Notes: generated from the sequence alone by a model not told the origin. A stretch of DNA of 64,000 nt from Candidatus Obscuribacteraceae bacterium (GCA_044229845.1 JBGASG010000005.1:1-64000), one strand, 5' to 3'. Counted from the stretch's first letter, positions 1 through 10,775 are shown. Made by a program: numbers and translations.

Positions 1-59
1 AGCGGATCTTCAACAACTACCTCTGGCTTTTTCAGCTCTACGACTGTATCTTTCTTCAT
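1..59 (-). CDS. IS256-family transposase, N-terminal fragment (partial at window edge)
   Basis: ATG at 59, MKKDTVVELKKPEVVVEDP(L); not in the ORF track because it is cut by the window edge. Confidence 0.6.
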   Translation of the reverse strand, partial: MKKDTVVELKKPEVVVEDP

Positions 60-140
60 TAGGCGTACCTTTCTCTTTAGCGATTGAAAGAATACGCCGC
101 CTCATTCAATTTTTCAAAACACAACTTTCGGCAAAAACTC
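1..140 (-). mobile_element. Left end of an IS256-family insertion sequence (continues out of the window)
   Basis: Minus strand from 140 reads GAGTTTTTGCCGAAAGTTGTGT (IS256-like end), then TTGAAA-17bp-TATTCT promoter, an RBS-like AGAAAGG and an ORF start MKKDTVVELKKPEVVVEDPL typical of IS256 transposases. It coincides with the point where the permease loses homology. Confidence 0.7.
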
Positions 141-1057
141 GGCAAAACGGCTGTCAATCCCAGCGACGACGAATAGAGGTTGCAATCGTTGGCTGCCCAT
201 GTCGCCAACATCATCAATACTAACAGCAACCAGGTGAGGTGCAGCGGCACCATATGCGACATCACATCTTTGGTGGCAAAACCAATCGCCATCGCCCCAC
301 AGGTGATCAAGAGCAGCGGATAGTTTATTGAGTAGTGTCCGAGCGCGTACGCTATGGCGTGCCGTTCATTGCGCGCGAAACGGGCGAAGTCTGGATTCAT
401 CGATGCGCCTACGATCCATCCGCCAACGACCGTCGCAATGGCGGCTCCCAGTGTCAGTGCCGACGATGCGGGCGGCTGATACTGGACTGCAGCCTGAAGT
501 CCGTTGCCGGTCGTCACCAGTGTCGTCAAGCCATAAGCGATGCCGGCAATCAAAAGTGGTACTGCAAGAAACGCCAGCCGTCCGATGGCTTTGATCCCCA
601 ACGCGGCAGTCGTGATCATCGCCGCACCGCCCACGATGATCATCACTTCTCGCGGTAGATTGAAGTTGAAGAGTTTCTGGATGAGGCTGATAACCGCATT
701 GGTAAACATCTCGGTTTGCACCGCCCACCAGCCGGTCATGCCGAGCGCGAGAAGAATGCCGATCAGCAAGGCGCCTTTCGTTCCGAACGTCGCTCTGGCG
801 ATCATTGCTGTGGAACATCGCACCCTGGCTCCCAGCCTGGCCGTCAAGCTGCCGATCAATCCCAGCAGCGCTCCACCGGCGAGGGTCGAGATAACCAGGT
901 CTTGCAAAGTCAAGCCGTAACCGAGACTGCCACCAATGATGAAGAGGGGAATGCTGATCAGCACGCCCGTTTCTATGACCAGCAGATACCACCACGGTCT
1001 CAGCGAGTCTGCAGCCACCGGCGCTCGAGAAAAGTCATCTTTTCGCGCATCGCCCAT
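77..1057 (-). pseudogene. Purine/cytosine permease (NCS1, CodB-like), C-terminally truncated by IS256
   Basis: Multi-TM protein with GWWAVQ, PDFARFAR and NDCNLYSSSLGL motifs; after AVLP the last ~20 aa are IS-derived; lacks the last TM helices of a full-length NCS1 permease. Confidence 0.75.
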
Positions 1058-1076
1058 GAACTATGCAAGCTCCAGT

Positions 1077-2486
1077 TCAGCGTACGTACTCAGCCAGACG
1101 GGGTCTAAACCCAAAGTAGATGCAGCCCACGATCAGCGCCGTCACCACAGCGGTGATCACAATCAGCCCGTTCAACTCCTGAAACGCGTTGCTCAATCCG
1201 GTTTCGAAATACTGCTTGTTGATCTTGATGGCTCGTTGAGCGGCTTCATCAAACCTCGCGAAGTAATAGTTGGACTCTCCAGGCGCATATCCCAGACCAA
1301 TCTTGAGAGCGCCGGCTAAGTCGCCTGCTTGCCCCAGCTTTCGCATGGTTTCGTCCACCGAAGAGTATTGAGCGAGCGCTTGCAGCGCTTCAAGAGCCGC
1401 CTCGGACTCGCCCTCAAACCGTATGTTGCCAAACTCGGTCGCCAGCGATCCACTGAAACCGCGGAGAGTGATTTTTTCCTTTGCTGCCATGTGTTTTTCG
1501 ACATCGGCGATGGTGCTGGCGAAATTTTGACCGTCGCTAAAATTGGCGATCGACGTCATCGCATCCCTGAACTTCTTGTCGTACAGGTCGACGCGCTCTC
1601 GGTCGAACAACCACCTGCTTTGCAGAGCATTGGCGTGGTATGCGCTGGCACGCGCATCCATGAGTGCCACCAGGGAATCATACGAGTCTTCCTTGGCGAC
1701 TTTCATATGCTGAGCGTTTTCGCGCAAAGAAGAGTACAGTTCGTTGACGGCGAACAGTACCGCTATCGTAGCAATCAGCAATGGCACGTTTATGCGGCGT
1801 CGAAAACGGCTGGTGAAATACAGTTGGGTCACTATCAGGCAGCCGGTCAACACAATTCCAATTGCCAGGACCAGCCCACAAGATAGGGCTGACTTGGATT
1901 TTTCCGCCGAGTAAATGCTCTCCAGTTGATCGGTGTTGGCTTTCTGCAGTTCTTGGGTAGACGGCAAAAGTTTCGTCTCCAGCGTATCGACGCTGCTCAG
2001 GTATGCCTGGATAGCTGCGGGTTTGTTGTTTGCGGCTGCTGCATCGAGAGCTGAGCGTGCTTGCGCCTCGTACTTGCCGAGCGCAAACATGATGTTCTCG
2101 ATAGGGGTCTGCTCGCTGCGACCGTAGGTTATGTTCTTCGCTGCAGCTATCAGACTTTTGCAAGCGGCGATACGCGCTCTTTCGAAATCTTCGGAGTGCA
2201 TGCGGGCGTCTCCGCCCTGGAGCAGTTGATTTGCCAGCGAGGCATCCATCTCGTCGAGACTGACTTTGATTTCCTGAGCCGCCATCACCGACGGTGCAGC
2301 GTTATATCCGACGGTGCGGGCGCTATGTTCGTGCTGCTTGATGGTTGACACTGCAACTGAGCAAAACACCATCAAAGCCAGGAAGTCTATGACAAGCAGT
2401 AAACGCAGCCTTGTTGGTGTCACGTCGGCGACGGCTGACTTGAGCAATTCTCTAAACGGATCGGCTTGCGCTGTTTTTACGTCCAT
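1077..2486 (-). CDS. GlnX-like 4-TM sensor membrane protein with two helical-bundle extracytoplasmic domains
   Basis: TPTRLRLL N-terminus, RRRINVPLLIAT, ARASAYHANALQSRWL and GFRPRLAEY C-terminus match actinobacterial GlnX-type proteins of pknG operons; TM-bundle-TM-TM-bundle-TM topology. Confidence 0.7.
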   Translation of the reverse strand: MDVKTAQADPFRELLKSAVADVTPTRLRLLLVIDFLALMVFCSVAVSTIKQHEHSARTVGYNAAPSVMAAQEIKVSLDEMDASLANQLLQGGDARMHSEDFERARIAACKSLIAAAKNITYGRSEQTPIENIMFALGKYEAQARSALDAAAANNKPAAIQAYLSSVDTLETKLLPSTQELQKANTDQLESIYSAEKSKSALSCGLVLAIGIVLTGCLIVTQLYFTSRFRRRINVPLLIATIAVLFAVNELYSSLRENAQHMKVAKEDSYDSLVALMDARASAYHANALQSRWLFDRERVDLYDKKFRDAMTSIANFSDGQNFASTIADVEKHMAAKEKITLRGFSGSLATEFGNIRFEGESEAALEALQALAQYSSVDETMRKLGQAGDLAGALKIGLGYAPGESNYYFARFDEAAQRAIKINKQYFETGLSNAFQELNGLIVITAVVTALIVGCIYFGFRPRLAEYVR

Positions 2487-2947
2487 GTCAACCGCCTGAT
2501 GCTATTCGCTTCGTCAACCAGAGCGATTCGCTTTTCGTCGCTATCGGCAAAGTGTGCGCATTCTCGCAACGCAGCTTCTGCCGCATCCCGCAAATCGTCC
2601 TCTCTAAATGGAATGGTGAACAAAGTAAAACTCGGGTCTGGTTGCAACTGTCTCGTTTCCAGCTGGGTGATTGCCGTCAGCAATAAATCCGCGTGCAGGC
2701 GCCACGCTTCGAAGTTGTACGGAAAAATCTTCTTGAGCTTGTGCGATGCCGTCAGCAGACCTTGCCTGTTTGGCGCCACATCGCGCGGCTCAAGCAGTTG
2801 TCGCACCGATTCGACTATAGCCTGCCGCTCAGTTTCATCGAAATCATCCGCGAGATCGTGGACGGAAAAGCGCGCGCCGCAGACCGTACAGATGCCCTGC
2901 TCGACGACACCGTCGCAATTCTTCTCTCGACATTTCACTTCTGCCAT
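2477..2947 (-). CDS. PknG-like protein lacking the kinase domain (N-terminal Cys4 Zn/rubredoxin ribbon + PknG C-terminal helical region)
   Basis: CREKNCDGVVEQGICTVCG at the N-terminus; C-terminus EDDLRDAAEAALRECAHFADSDEKRIALVDEANSIRRLTWT resembles the PknG C-terminus; overlaps the GlnX-like gene by 10 nt. Confidence 0.7.
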   Translation of the reverse strand: MAEVKCREKNCDGVVEQGICTVCGARFSVHDLADDFDETERQAIVESVRQLLEPRDVAPNRQGLLTASHKLKKIFPYNFEAWRLHADLLLTAITQLETRQLQPDPSFTLFTIPFREDDLRDAAEAALRECAHFADSDEKRIALVDEANSIRRLTWT

Positions 2948-2975
2948 AATGTCACCTGGTCCTCACCAAATTGCC

Positions 2976-4892
2976 TCAGCCGACATGCACGATCGGTCGT
3001 CGCTCTTCATACGGTTCCGCAGACCGCAATATCTCTCTCGTCAGTGTTGCGGTTTCGCCTTCGCCTAAGAAAATGTATTTGAAAGTGTAGGCGATAGGAT
3101 GTCCCTGGGACCAACCGAAGTACACGTGGGGTACCTTTTGGGTGCGGTCGCGCAGCTCCAGCAGCAGCGCGGCGATCGCATTAGGAACGGCGGGGTTTGC
3201 GCAGCGCAGGATTTTGTAGCCGCCTTCTTCGTGTCCCGTGACTTCTAAAAGGTCTTCTGAAAACTCGGAGGCATCGGATAGCTTTACCTCGATGAAGATA
3301 AAGTCGCCTTCGTTCTTCTGGATGCTGTGCACCATGCGAGCGAACTGCTCTTTGTCCTTGTGGTCGCGCATTCCGTAGCGGTGTGCCACCAGTCGAATTT
3401 CACCCATGTGGTTGCGCAACGCTTCTTCGATGAACGAAATGGCTTTGGCGTCCAGGTGAACATCTTCCACACGCAACTCCGTGGCTCTGACCGCTCTGGA
3501 TATTACGGAAGCGACCAGTACGCAAGCTATGAAGAAAAGCGCAATCTGAAGTCCCTCAGGTCGTTCAGACATGTTGGCGAATGTCGTATATATAAAAAGA
3601 AACGCGATCAGCGAAAAATAGACGCGCAGCTTCGGCTGCGTGCGCCAGATGCTAATGGTCGCCGCAATAGTCGCTGATGTTATCAGCACCAGCACGCCGG
3701 TCGCATATGCACCGGCCTGTGCGTCTACATTGGCCTTGAACATGATGGTGACACCAAACGCCACCGCCGAGAAAAACACAACCAGTGGTCGAATGGCTGC
3801 CGACCAGCTGGGTGCCATCCCGTATCGGGGCAGATACTTGGGCACCAGACTCAGCAAACCGGCAATCGCCGACGCCCCGGCAAACCACAAAATCAAGATG
3901 GTGCTGATATCATATGCGGTGCCGAAAGCATTGCCCAGATATTCGTGGGCAAGATAAGCCAGCGCTCTGCCGTTGGCCTCGCCGCCTTCATGAAACAGCG
4001 GTGCCGGAATCAACATCGTAGTGACTATGCTGCTGGGAATCAGGAAAAAGCTCATGATCACAGCTGCGTAGGTGAGCAGTTTTCTGCCGTTTCTGACACG
4101 CCCGGCCGGGTTTTCCGCTGTATCGGCGGCATCTCCTTTGACGAGCGGCAAGACAGCCACGCCCGTTTCGAATCCGGACAGACCAAGTGCCAATTTAGGA
4201 AACATCAACATCGAGACGCCGAGCATCATCTCCGGCGAATGGTATTGCTTGAAGAGGTTCGCGACCCAATCGGATGCCAGGTGCGGTTGATGGGTGACCA
4301 ATTCATAACTGCCTTTGGCAAGAATGATGCCGCTTAAAAGGAGGTACACGCACACGATTGCCACTGACAGCCCAATCGCCTCTTGGAAGCCCTTTAGAAA
4401 CAACGCTCCGAGCAGTGCGATCAGTACCAGAGTCACTTCAACACGATGCTCCCGCAACATCTGCGGCACAATCGGGTTTTCAACTATGTGGGCGGTGGCA
4501 TCTGCCGCCGACAAGGTGATGGTTATGATAAAGGCGGTTGCGGCAAAGCCGAGCAGGGCCAGAACCAGTGTTTTACCGGTCCAACCGGGCATCAACCTTT
4601 CCAGCATGGCAACGCTGCCCTGCCCGTTCGGACTTTCTCTGGCGACGACGCAATAAGTCGGAAGGGCGCCGAACAATGTCACCAGTACCAGTATCACGGT
4701 GGCGACCGGCGACAATACGCCAGCCGCCAGGAATGCGATACCAGGTTGATAACCGAGGGTGGAGAAGTAGTCTACTCCCGTCAGACACATGACTCGCCAC
4801 CACGCATCCTGATGGTGCGGATGTGTTTCGCCAGGCTTGCTGCCCTGGAAAAACCACTCTTTAAATCCGCCTGCGCGTGGTTGGCTACTCAC
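2976..4892 (-). CDS. APC-superfamily amino acid transporter with C-terminal cytoplasmic domain
   Basis: [36 protein letters not shown] and [11 protein letters not shown] motifs; about 12 TM segments. Confidence 0.85.
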   Translation of the reverse strand: MSSQPRAGGFKEWFFQGSKPGETHPHHQDAWWRVMCLTGVDYFSTLGYQPGIAFLAAGVLSPVATVILVLVTLFGALPTYCVVARESPNGQGSVAMLERLMPGWTGKTLVLALLGFAATAFIITITLSAADATAHIVENPIVPQMLREHRVEVTLVLIALLGALFLKGFQEAIGLSVAIVCVYLLLSGIILAKGSYELVTHQPHLASDWVANLFKQYHSPEMMLGVSMLMFPKLALGLSGFETGVAVLPLVKGDAADTAENPAGRVRNGRKLLTYAAVIMSFFLIPSSIVTTMLIPAPLFHEGGEANGRALAYLAHEYLGNAFGTAYDISTILILWFAGASAIAGLLSLVPKYLPRYGMAPSWSAAIRPLVVFFSAVAFGVTIMFKANVDAQAGAYATGVLVLITSATIAATISIWRTQPKLRVYFSLIAFLFIYTTFANMSERPEGLQIALFFIACVLVASVISRAVRATELRVEDVHLDAKAISFIEEALRNHMGEIRLVAHRYGMRDHKDKEQFARMVHSIQKNEGDFIFIEVKLSDASEFSEDLLEVTGHEEGGYKILRCANPAVPNAIAALLLELRDRTQKVPHVYFGWSQGHPIAYTFKYIFLGEGETATLTREILRSAEPYEERRPIVHVG

Positions 4893-4969
4893 TAAACTTA
4901 CGGCTCCCGAGATTGCCCGGACAGCTTAGTGCACTTGCGGCGCGCGTTCAATTAATACTGTTCCTCTTG

Positions 4970-5446
4970 TCAGGTTCTGATCTGGTAGTTTCTGTAGGCA
5001 TGCAGCAATGTTCGCACTACTTCCGCAGTTTCGTGTAGTGCATCGACCGTACCGTCTTCGTCTAGGATTGCGAAATTCAATCTAAAAATCAAACTTCCTC
5101 GACGGACGGAATACAACACACTGAGATCCGACGGTATGAACTTTTGAGCCCTCACGATGATCAGGCAGTCATCGCCGATTGGGAACGGCGGTTGCACAAT
5201 GTCGCCTATCAGCTCGAACCGGGACTTCTCGTCGCTCATAAACTCGAGAAATCCCGAAACAGCAAATTCGATCACCATCAGCGAATAGCCGAAGAATTTT
5301 GAGTTCTCGTCCTTGTGCTTATACCAGGCTAGCTCCATGCACCGACCACCGCGCGAATACAAATCGAACAAGCAGCGAATCTGCTGGTCTCGGAGGTGAG
5401 ATTGAGCGAGCTGGAATGGGAAATCTTCGGGAAATGTGGGTAGCAT
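4970..5446 (-). CDS. Hypothetical protein
   Basis: 158-aa ORF with globular composition filling the gap between flanking genes. Confidence 0.55.
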   Translation of the reverse strand: MLPTFPEDFPFQLAQSHLRDQQIRCLFDLYSRGGRCMELAWYKHKDENSKFFGYSLMVIEFAVSGFLEFMSDEKSRFELIGDIVQPPFPIGDDCLIIVRAQKFIPSDLSVLYSVRRGSLIFRLNFAILDEDGTVDALHETAEVVRTLLHAYRNYQIRT

Positions 5447-5555
5447 ACGGCGGCAATAATTGCAGGCGACGCCGTGGCATTCAAATTAAGTGTTATGCTT
5501 GGCAGCCAGCCGGCTTTGCGAGCCGCACCCAACCCACCAGCGTCAGGAAACCTTC

Positions 5556-6719
5556 ATGCGTCAACCAATGCTCAATCCTCCTGCCTTCGCGGCCGTGGCA
5601 CTATTTTTGGCGGGGATGGCACTTTGTTGTGCGGCGCTACCGGCGAGGGGAGATGCTTACGATCACAAGGCGTGGTACCGCGATCGTGGCAGGAGCAAGG
5701 ATCAGACGGAGATACAGTTCGACAAAGACCGCTTCATCGAATACAAGTATCCCGCTGAGGGATTTGCTATTAAGGAAGTCGATATGTGGTCCGTCGGTAA
5801 TCCCGAAGCAGGCTGGGTGACGCACTACACCGCTCATGTGCACGGGGGGATGAAGGTCACTCCGCTGCCACCAAAATCAACCACAACATTGGAATCTGCC
5901 ACCAAAGCTCGTATAGACGCGATCCGCTCCAGGCTGAAAGCTGAAGGCGGCAAGTTGGTATCAATCACTTCGACGCCGGCGAAGTTTTGCGGATTTGCCG
6001 GACGAAGGATCGAGCAGAAGTTCACGTTCTCCGATGTGCCGGATCCCATCATTTGCGTTTCGCACATCGCAATTGGCAATAACACTGAGTACCTGCTAGA
6101 TGTCGCCGCTTTCGAATCCTTATATAAGGACAAGACCTACCACGCAATGCTGGAAGAAACAGCAACATCCGCGCATCCTCTGCCCAAGGGTGTGCGCAGC
6201 ACCAAGCTGCCTGCAACAGACGCCGAAATTGATACCATGATCGCGCAAGCGCTATCGCAGCTCAAAGAGAAGAATGACGGTAAGCGGAAGATCGTTTATA
6301 AGTATCCGTTCAACTGGCAGATTCGCCAGCCTTACGAGTTGATGGCAGGGGAAACGGTGATTTTGTTCGACTCACCGAAAGGACTGATGCACGGAGCGAT
6401 ATTTGCGAAGGAGCTATTGCCAGGACAAACGGCCGCTTCCCTGGCGAAGGAGCACATTGACCACTACGGCACATGGGCTTCTAAGTTGGATTACACCACC
6501 GTCAAAAACGAGCCGGCGAAGTTTGGCGGACACGACGGTCGCCACGTTCAGGTGCGCTTTGCCCAGCACTACGACTATACCGACCCATTCACTCTCTGTG
6601 ACAAATACATCGCCATCGCTAACGGCAAGGTGTACGAACTGGAAATCAATGCGCCGGAAGCAGCATTTCCCAAAGTGCAGAAACTTGTCGATGCCATTTT
6701 GGGTTCGATCAAGTTTTGA
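5556..6719 (+). CDS. Secreted protein with two PsbP/DcrB-like domains
   Basis: Signal peptide; internal duplication (YKYP...PAKF(C/G)G..GR...IAI.N...Y.L); ATG 5556 chosen after AGGAAA. Confidence 0.7.
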   Translation: MRQPMLNPPAFAAVALFLAGMALCCAALPARGDAYDHKAWYRDRGRSKDQTEIQFDKDRFIEYKYPAEGFAIKEVDMWSVGNPEAGWVTHYTAHVHGGMKVTPLPPKSTTTLESATKARIDAIRSRLKAEGGKLVSITSTPAKFCGFAGRRIEQKFTFSDVPDPIICVSHIAIGNNTEYLLDVAAFESLYKDKTYHAMLEETATSAHPLPKGVRSTKLPATDAEIDTMIAQALSQLKEKNDGKRKIVYKYPFNWQIRQPYELMAGETVILFDSPKGLMHGAIFAKELLPGQTAASLAKEHIDHYGTWASKLDYTTVKNEPAKFGGHDGRHVQVRFAQHYDYTDPFTLCDKYIAIANGKVYELEINAPEAAFPKVQKLVDAILGSIKF

Positions 6720-6736
6720 AGCGGTAGTTCTAAGTT

Positions 6737-8125
6737 CTAGCCGACTTCAGTTTGTGCCGTGGGCAATTTACCTGAGCTGCAGGCTTCCGCAAAGAGCTTG
6801 TAGTCCGCCTCTGTTTTGGCTGCATACGCCACCGCGCCCTTAGCGAGTGCCTTAGCAAATTTGTCGCCTTTGCCGATGTATTCAGCGATGGCGGGAGCTT
6901 CACCAGATTTTGCGTGCGCCTTGGACAATATCATGCCGGCAAAATTGGCAATGTTGGGCAACGAGCGTTTGGTCCAACTTGCAGGGATGGGCGACAATTT
7001 CACGTCGCGCAGTTGCCTCACATAAAAATGTCGGCCTCGTTCGCCCAGCGACCACCCGAGGAACATGTCACTGGCAGATTGCATAATGCGCTGTCCAACT
7101 ACAATGCGTTGACCGTGGTTCTCGAACTTGGAGGGTTGCGTATAGGGTTCGAGCACGGATGGTTTGGCTTCCTTGACCTGGAGGATCAACAAGTCATCGT
7201 GCGGACCCACAAGTAGAAGCACACCGCAGAATGTTCCCACGCTGCCCGTCCCGACGACCTTCGTCGCAAAGTCCACAACCTGGAAATGTTTCAAGAGAGA
7301 GGATCTGTCCGCCGGCAATGACTTGAGGTAGAGATCGTAGGCTTTCTGGATCGACTGTTCTTTGATGTCGTTACGGTGAAACAGAAGCGGCGGAAGTTCT
7401 TTAAATCGATACTGTCCGTTCTTCTTCTCAACCAATTTCTGTTCCAGAACTTCAGGCGAAGACTTGCGTTGTTCTTTGGCAAGATTCTCTTTGAGAAACT
7501 TGCGTCGGGACTTCGTAAGCGCTTTATCGACGAATTTTTGGTAGTCGATCATCGAGTACCAGATGTCCAGAAGCCTCTCATCGGCATAGGATGCCATCTG
7601 TGCCTGGTACGCGCGCCCGAGATCGTAAGCCATGGACTGACCCATTGACACAGGCATTCCCACCGAAGTGAGAGCGAGCACCATGCTGGCAGCGAGTCGT
7701 TTGAGATCCCATTCGAAAGGAGCGGGATGCGTCTCATCGAAGTCGTTGAGATCGATGATCACGTTTCGCTCTGGTGTGGCAAAGGCGCCACAATTTAGAA
7801 TGTGGCAGTCTCCGCAAGACTGCACAATGATGCCTGAACTATGTTCTTCCGCCAGGTCTGCGGCCATCACAGCGGCGGCGCCGCGGTAGTACGTGAATGG
7901 AGATACAAGCATGCGGCTGTGTCTGATTGGAACCAGGTCCAGCAGCCGTCCCTCGTTGCTATCCGCGATGATCTGTACAGGGTCTTTCCTGGCGGCAGCG
8001 CTGCTGCGACTGCGACCCATCCTTGCGATGGGTTTTTCTTTGGTGACCTTGACCTTGGCGGTGACCTTAGCGGGTTTTTTGGCGCCCTTCTTTTGCTTTG
8101 GTTTAGAGGTGGTGGTGGTAGCCAT
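6737..8125 (-). CDS. DUF2252 family protein
   Basis: SPFTYYRGAAAVMAADL, CGDCHILNCG, DLNDFDE, KVVGTGSVG, LQVKEA and GQRIMQSASD motifs. Confidence 0.9.
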   Translation of the reverse strand: MATTTTSKPKQKKGAKKPAKVTAKVKVTKEKPIARMGRSRSSAAARKDPVQIIADSNEGRLLDLVPIRHSRMLVSPFTYYRGAAAVMAADLAEEHSSGIIVQSCGDCHILNCGAFATPERNVIIDLNDFDETHPAPFEWDLKRLAASMVLALTSVGMPVSMGQSMAYDLGRAYQAQMASYADERLLDIWYSMIDYQKFVDKALTKSRRKFLKENLAKEQRKSSPEVLEQKLVEKKNGQYRFKELPPLLFHRNDIKEQSIQKAYDLYLKSLPADRSSLLKHFQVVDFATKVVGTGSVGTFCGVLLLVGPHDDLLILQVKEAKPSVLEPYTQPSKFENHGQRIVVGQRIMQSASDMFLGWSLGERGRHFYVRQLRDVKLSPIPASWTKRSLPNIANFAGMILSKAHAKSGEAPAIAEYIGKGDKFAKALAKGAVAYAAKTEADYKLFAEACSSGKLPTAQTEVG

Positions 8126-8191
8126 AAGTTCCCTCGCTGACGGGCACCCTCTGGTTGTACCACGCGCGGTGGGTATTGCATTCTTTAGTTG

Positions 8192-9019
8192 TCATTGCCG
8201 ACTCCGAGTTTCGGACGACGGGGGACCTATTTGCTTTGCCAGATCGACCAGGGGTTGTTGCGAGAGGAGCACGAATCCGTCGTGCTGGCGATCTATATCC
8301 GCAATCAGCGTCAGCACAATCGAGAACGAAACCGCCACCAGCGACGCCGTAATCCAGTTGCGCGAACCGCCGTGTCCGAACTGGTACCCAACGCCCGACA
8401 TTCCCAGAATCGTTAGTACGTACAAGGCCAGCCAGATGACGTCTGGCAGTTTGCCGTAACGCTCGGCAGACAATCGCTTTGACTGCAGGTCGATGGTGTC
8501 ATTTACCGTTGAAACAAACTGGGCTACACACGGTGAGTCGTGGAGCGCTGCAGCCTCTTTCACATAGCTCCACAGCTGGTCTTGTAGTTTGTTCGACTCG
8601 GTGATGGCATCAACCACGAATTGGTCGTCGTGCGTCTGGCGCAAGTCTTGTGTGAGCCGCAACCGAAGAGCGACGTACTCGCGCAACAGTTCCTTGACGC
8701 CGTCAGCTTTAGCTCTCGGCAAGAAGTCGGCGCGCAGAAAGGTCGTGCCAATTGCGTTTGCCTCATCGATAATCAGCAAGCGTCTCTCGCTCAAACGCGC
8801 TGCCGTAAATCCAAAGGTAAACGCAACCAGAAATGCCACCAGCCCAAGCTGAATTTGCACCATGGTACCAATCGAGCCACTGCCTTCGGGCTTGTTCGAT
8901 TTGACCAATTGACTCTTGTGGTGGCGACCAAGTCGAAAGCAGCCTTCGATGCAAATCAAAATGAAGGCTATGGTGCCAAGAAACACCAACCAAATCGGAA
9001 TGTGACTGAAAAAGCTCAT
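8192..9019 (-). CDS. DUF4239/bestrophin-like membrane protein
   Basis: LVAFTFG..A.R...RR..IIDEANAIGTTFLR and LIADIDR motifs; 4 TM; ATG 9019. Confidence 0.8.
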   Translation of the reverse strand: MSFFSHIPIWLVFLGTIAFILICIEGCFRLGRHHKSQLVKSNKPEGSGSIGTMVQIQLGLVAFLVAFTFGFTAARLSERRLLIIDEANAIGTTFLRADFLPRAKADGVKELLREYVALRLRLTQDLRQTHDDQFVVDAITESNKLQDQLWSYVKEAAALHDSPCVAQFVSTVNDTIDLQSKRLSAERYGKLPDVIWLALYVLTILGMSGVGYQFGHGGSRNWITASLVAVSFSIVLTLIADIDRQHDGFVLLSQQPLVDLAKQIGPPSSETRSRQ

Positions 9020-9176
9020 GATTCCATCTCCCGGTCGCTTAGTCGAGGGCGCGGCTGAGCAAGGATTTACCCAGGAAACGGAGTCTGGATCGCTTGACCA
9101 CTTGCTGCGGGAAAAGATCATTTGCGTGCTGTGCGCAAGGAGGCTAAGCGAAAGTCAATCAGGTTTTGAGGCGTCC

Positions 9177-10061
9177 TTATTTCTCCTTGACCGCATCAAT
9201 AACTTCGGCTGCGCCTCGGTCACTGGTGTAGTAAATTCTGATCAGCGGATGTCCCTTATAATCCGGACCTACATACTTTGCCGGCTTCAACTTCCAGCCA
9301 TCGGGAAGTCCTGTAAGACTGCCGGTCCAGACGATGCCGCCTGAGGCGTCCATGCTGAACGGGTGAAAGCTGCCCTGTTGGCTGGAAAAGCCCTTGTAGG
9401 TGCCGCCTCTGATTTCTATGGTTCCTATGTGGATGTAGCTTCTGCCGGAAATCTTGTTGCACGTATAGATTCCATCTGGAGGAGCACCGACTCCTTTATC
9501 TGTAGCCGGTGCGCTTTGCGCGGCTTGAATCGGTGGATTCCCTCCCGGGTTGGTGCTATACACCGGAGCGCTCGCGCGCGGCGTCACCGGCGTACTCGCC
9601 GCGCCGGCAGTACCGTTAAGCTGCGCTTTGGTGAACCACACTCCCACATCGGAACTATAACCCGACCCTTCGATGTGCACTTTGACGTTGTCACCATCTT
9701 CCTGGAGGATGGTGCCGGTTTGCTTACCTATCTGCACGCGTTTGCCGGGCTGAAATGTGCCACCACTTGCTACCGCCGATGTGGCACCGCCACCACCACC
9801 GCCACCACCACCTCCTCCTCCTCCACCGGCGCCACCGCTAACTTTATGCTCCTCTTTGTCGTACCACACCCCCACGCCGGCACTATAACCGGACTGAGAA
9901 TCCAGACGTACTTTCACGAGCTTCCCGGTATCCTCGATGACAATGCCGGATTGGTTGATACTACCCACGGTTACGCGTTCGCCGGGTTGGAAGCACCATG
10001 CCGCAGGAATCGCCACCACAGAAACCGCAGCCGCGACCACAGCAAGAACCAATCTTTTCAT
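9177..10061 (-). CDS. Secreted protein with two SH3/Tudor-like repeats joined by a poly-Gly linker
   Basis: Signal peptide; FQPG(E/K)RV...GYS..VGVW twice; Gly tract; Pro/Ala linker; C-terminal domain. Confidence 0.75.
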   Translation of the reverse strand: MKRLVLAVVAAAVSVVAIPAAWCFQPGERVTVGSINQSGIVIEDTGKLVKVRLDSQSGYSAGVGVWYDKEEHKVSGGAGGGGGGGGGGGGGGATSAVASGGTFQPGKRVQIGKQTGTILQEDGDNVKVHIEGSGYSSDVGVWFTKAQLNGTAGAASTPVTPRASAPVYSTNPGGNPPIQAAQSAPATDKGVGAPPDGIYTCNKISGRSYIHIGTIEIRGGTYKGFSSQQGSFHPFSMDASGGIVWTGSLTGLPDGWKLKPAKYVGPDYKGHPLIRIYYTSDRGAAEVIDAVKEK

Positions 10062-10278
10062 TCACCAATCTCCAAAAGCAAGCAAATCGTAGCATGCCCG
10101 ACCCACGCCGTTCTCGCTCAGCCGGTGATTGATACTTCACCCTCAGAATCGCAGTGACGAATGTAGTCGTTTGCCTGCGAATCAGACTGACGCGCGGAAA
10201 GCGAAAAAGTCGCAGGTGCCCGGAATGGAACGAAGCAACCATAATGCGAGTCCGGTTAAGCGCTATAGGAAGTGTATT

Positions 10279-10761
10279 TCATTTCCTCTCCCATCTGCCC
10301 GTCAGAAAGTGCGATCTTCGTCGCGACTCTTTGGTTGCATAGGTCTCTCCAATCGCACATGCGATGCGTTCGATGCACAAGCCTCCGGCGAGCCACGGCA
10401 GTCCACCAGGCAAGTATGCCAATCCACAAACCATTAGCAGGATTAGCATATGGTCGTCGGAGAAATACAGGTCCGGCCAACTCGATAAAGCTTTTGCACC
10501 AGTTGAGAGAAGAAACCCAACAATGAACATTTGTCGCGAGAAGCTGAGGCCATCACGGTTCTGCTCAACATGGGGAAGTGCGCCGCGTCCGACAACCAGA
10601 AGCGTAACTGTGTAGTTTATCGCCCAGATAAGGGCGACAAAAATTTCTGCTAGAGGACTGTTTAACTCAATCATTGGGCCGATCCTATCGTGCACTGTTT
10701 GCAGCCGAGCCGATCTGCAGACACTTGATAAAGTGTTGACCAGCAGAAAGTCCGGACCCAT
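10279..10761 (-). CDS. Hypothetical membrane protein
   Basis: Three hydrophobic stretches; start uncertain. Confidence 0.35.
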   Translation of the reverse strand: MGPDFLLVNTLSSVCRSARLQTVHDRIGPMIELNSPLAEIFVALIWAINYTVTLLVVGRGALPHVEQNRDGLSFSRQMFIVGFLLSTGAKALSSWPDLYFSDDHMLILLMVCGLAYLPGGLPWLAGGLCIERIACAIGETYATKESRRRSHFLTGRWERK

Positions 10762-10775
10762 GGAGAAACCGCACT

